DNA of 16,995 nt from Chlamydiae bacterium RIFCSPHIGHO2_12_FULL_49_11 (lineage in GTDB: Bacteria; Chlamydiota; Chlamydiia; Chlamydiales; 2-12-FULL-49-11): assembly GCA_001794905.1 (NCBI GenBank), contig MGLW01000040.1, positions 1-16,995 on the forward strand, in the 5' to 3' direction. Below, one piece after another: positions 16,050 through 16,995 of this stretch. The notes under the pieces are model-generated. The model was not told where the DNA came from. It saw only the letters and a list, made by a program, of their open reading frames with translations, and searched no databases. Position 1 is the stretch's first letter, and each line of letters opens with the position of its first letter. The position numbers were made by a program, and so were the translations under genes.

Positions 16050-16995
16050 ATGCGCAATCAGGAAGAAGGAATTACCGGCTTTGACCTTGCCGCAAAACTG
16101 CATTTGACCGATCCTGACAGGGCGGTCCTCATCAAAATCAACGGAGAGGAAAAAGATTTTACCACCCCCTTAAGAGAGGGAGACGAGGTGGAATTTGTCG
16201 ATTTTGACGACCCTCGCGGCAAGTACACTTTTTGGCACACTTCGGCCCACATTCTCGCTCAGGCCATCCTGCGCCTGTACTCGAATGCCAAACCGACGAT
16301 CGGACCCCCGATCGAAACCGGTTTCTACTACGATTTTGCCGACCTTTCCATCAGTGAGAACGATTTTCCCGTTATCGAAGCCGAGATGGAAAAAGTCATC
16401 AAAGAAAACTACCAACCAAGCCGCGTCGTATACAAAGATAAGCGGGAAGCAAAAAATGCGTTTGTAAATAATCCTTTCAAATTGGAACTGATCGATTCCC
16501 TTGAGGATGCGGGAGAAATTTCCTCTTATGCCCAGGGCGAATTTGTCGACCTGTGCCGCGGCCCCCACATCGGGAATTTGGGCAAGGTAAAGGCGATCAA
16601 GCTGATGAAAACCTCTGCTGCCTACTGGCGCGGAGATAACACGCGCGAAATGCTCACCCGCATTTATGGCGTCTCATTCCCCGATCGGAAAATGCTTAAG
16701 GAATATCTGAATTTTCTTGAAGAGGCAAAGAAACGCGACCATCGTATTCTTGGAAATAAACTCGACCTCTTCACTTTCTTTGATGCCGCTCCGGGCATGC
16801 CGGTGATCAAGCCGCACGGGATGATCATTTGGAACCGTCTCCTCGATTTTTGGAGGGAGCTCCATCGGAAAGCCGGCTATATCGAAATCAAAACACCCAC
16901 CATGCTGGATAAATCACTCTGGGTCACCTCCGGCCACTGGGAAAACTACCGCGAAAACATGTATACGCTAGAACTGGAAAAAGCCGAATATGCCA
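16050..16995 (+). CDS. thrS: Threonine--tRNA ligase, 5' part (runs off the window end)
   Basis: Manual translation gives MRNQEEGITGFDLAAKL...FWHTSAHILAQA...IGPPIETGFYYDF...FVDLCRGPH...AAYWRGD...LTRIYG...EEAKKRDHR...LWVTSGHWENYRENMY. ATG 16050 follows SD AGAGGA; an alternative in-frame ATG lies at 16023. It is absent from the ORF track because there is no stop in the window. Confidence 0.97.
   Translation, partial: MRNQEEGITGFDLAAKLHLTDPDRAVLIKINGEEKDFTTPLREGDEVEFVDFDDPRGKYTFWHTSAHILAQAILRLYSNAKPTIGPPIETGFYYDFADLSISENDFPVIEAEMEKVIKENYQPSRVVYKDKREAKNAFVNNPFKLELIDSLEDAGEISSYAQGEFVDLCRGPHIGNLGKVKAIKLMKTSAAYWRGDNTREMLTRIYGVSFPDRKMLKEYLNFLEEAKKRDHRILGNKLDLFTFFDAAPGMPVIKPHGMIIWNRLLDFWRELHRKAGYIEIKTPTMLDKSLWVTSGHWENYRENMYTLELEKAEYA

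Noticed and set aside
16001-16057. Signal-peptide-like MRMLFLFSLTDILSTLSLV on the 685-aa ORF
   Set aside because: It overlaps the thrS SD and start codon. The hydrophobicity is explained by reading a purine-rich SD region in antisense.
1-16995. CRISPR arrays, tRNA/rRNA genes, riboswitches, or a defence-system reading of the helicase/nuclease genes
   Set aside because: All intergenic gaps are short (at most ~110 bp) with no repeat-spacer or cloverleaf pattern seen by eye. The helicase/nuclease genes are fully explained as canonical RecBCD.

Overview
Compact, mostly housekeeping bacterial region, probably from an environmental member of Chlamydiota. That taxonomy is inferred from the divergent LplT-like MFS/recC-recB arrangement and a chlamydia-type hypothetical protein; it was not checked by a search. 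Left to right: (1) a decayed IS3-family (IS407-like) element with an intact left IR, a frameshifted orfA, an A6G slippery site and a truncated orfB; (2) a minus-strand operon of an LplT/Aas-type MFS transporter, an 896-aa Rhs/YD-repeat protein and a ~96-aa secreted protein; (3) a plus-strand recC-recB-recD operon; (4) a minus-strand kinase carrying the motif set of eukaryotic type II phosphatidylinositol 4-kinases; (5) a ~666-aa minus-strand hypothetical protein with a possible Cys/His/Asp(Asn) catalytic set; (6) the 5' part of thrS. The most interesting signals are the PI4KII-like candidate host effector, the Sec-signal Rhs that lacks both the autocleavage motif and a toxin domain, and a probable ATC start codon for recD. 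No CRISPR array, tRNA or rRNA was seen. Novelty could not be verified without database searches.
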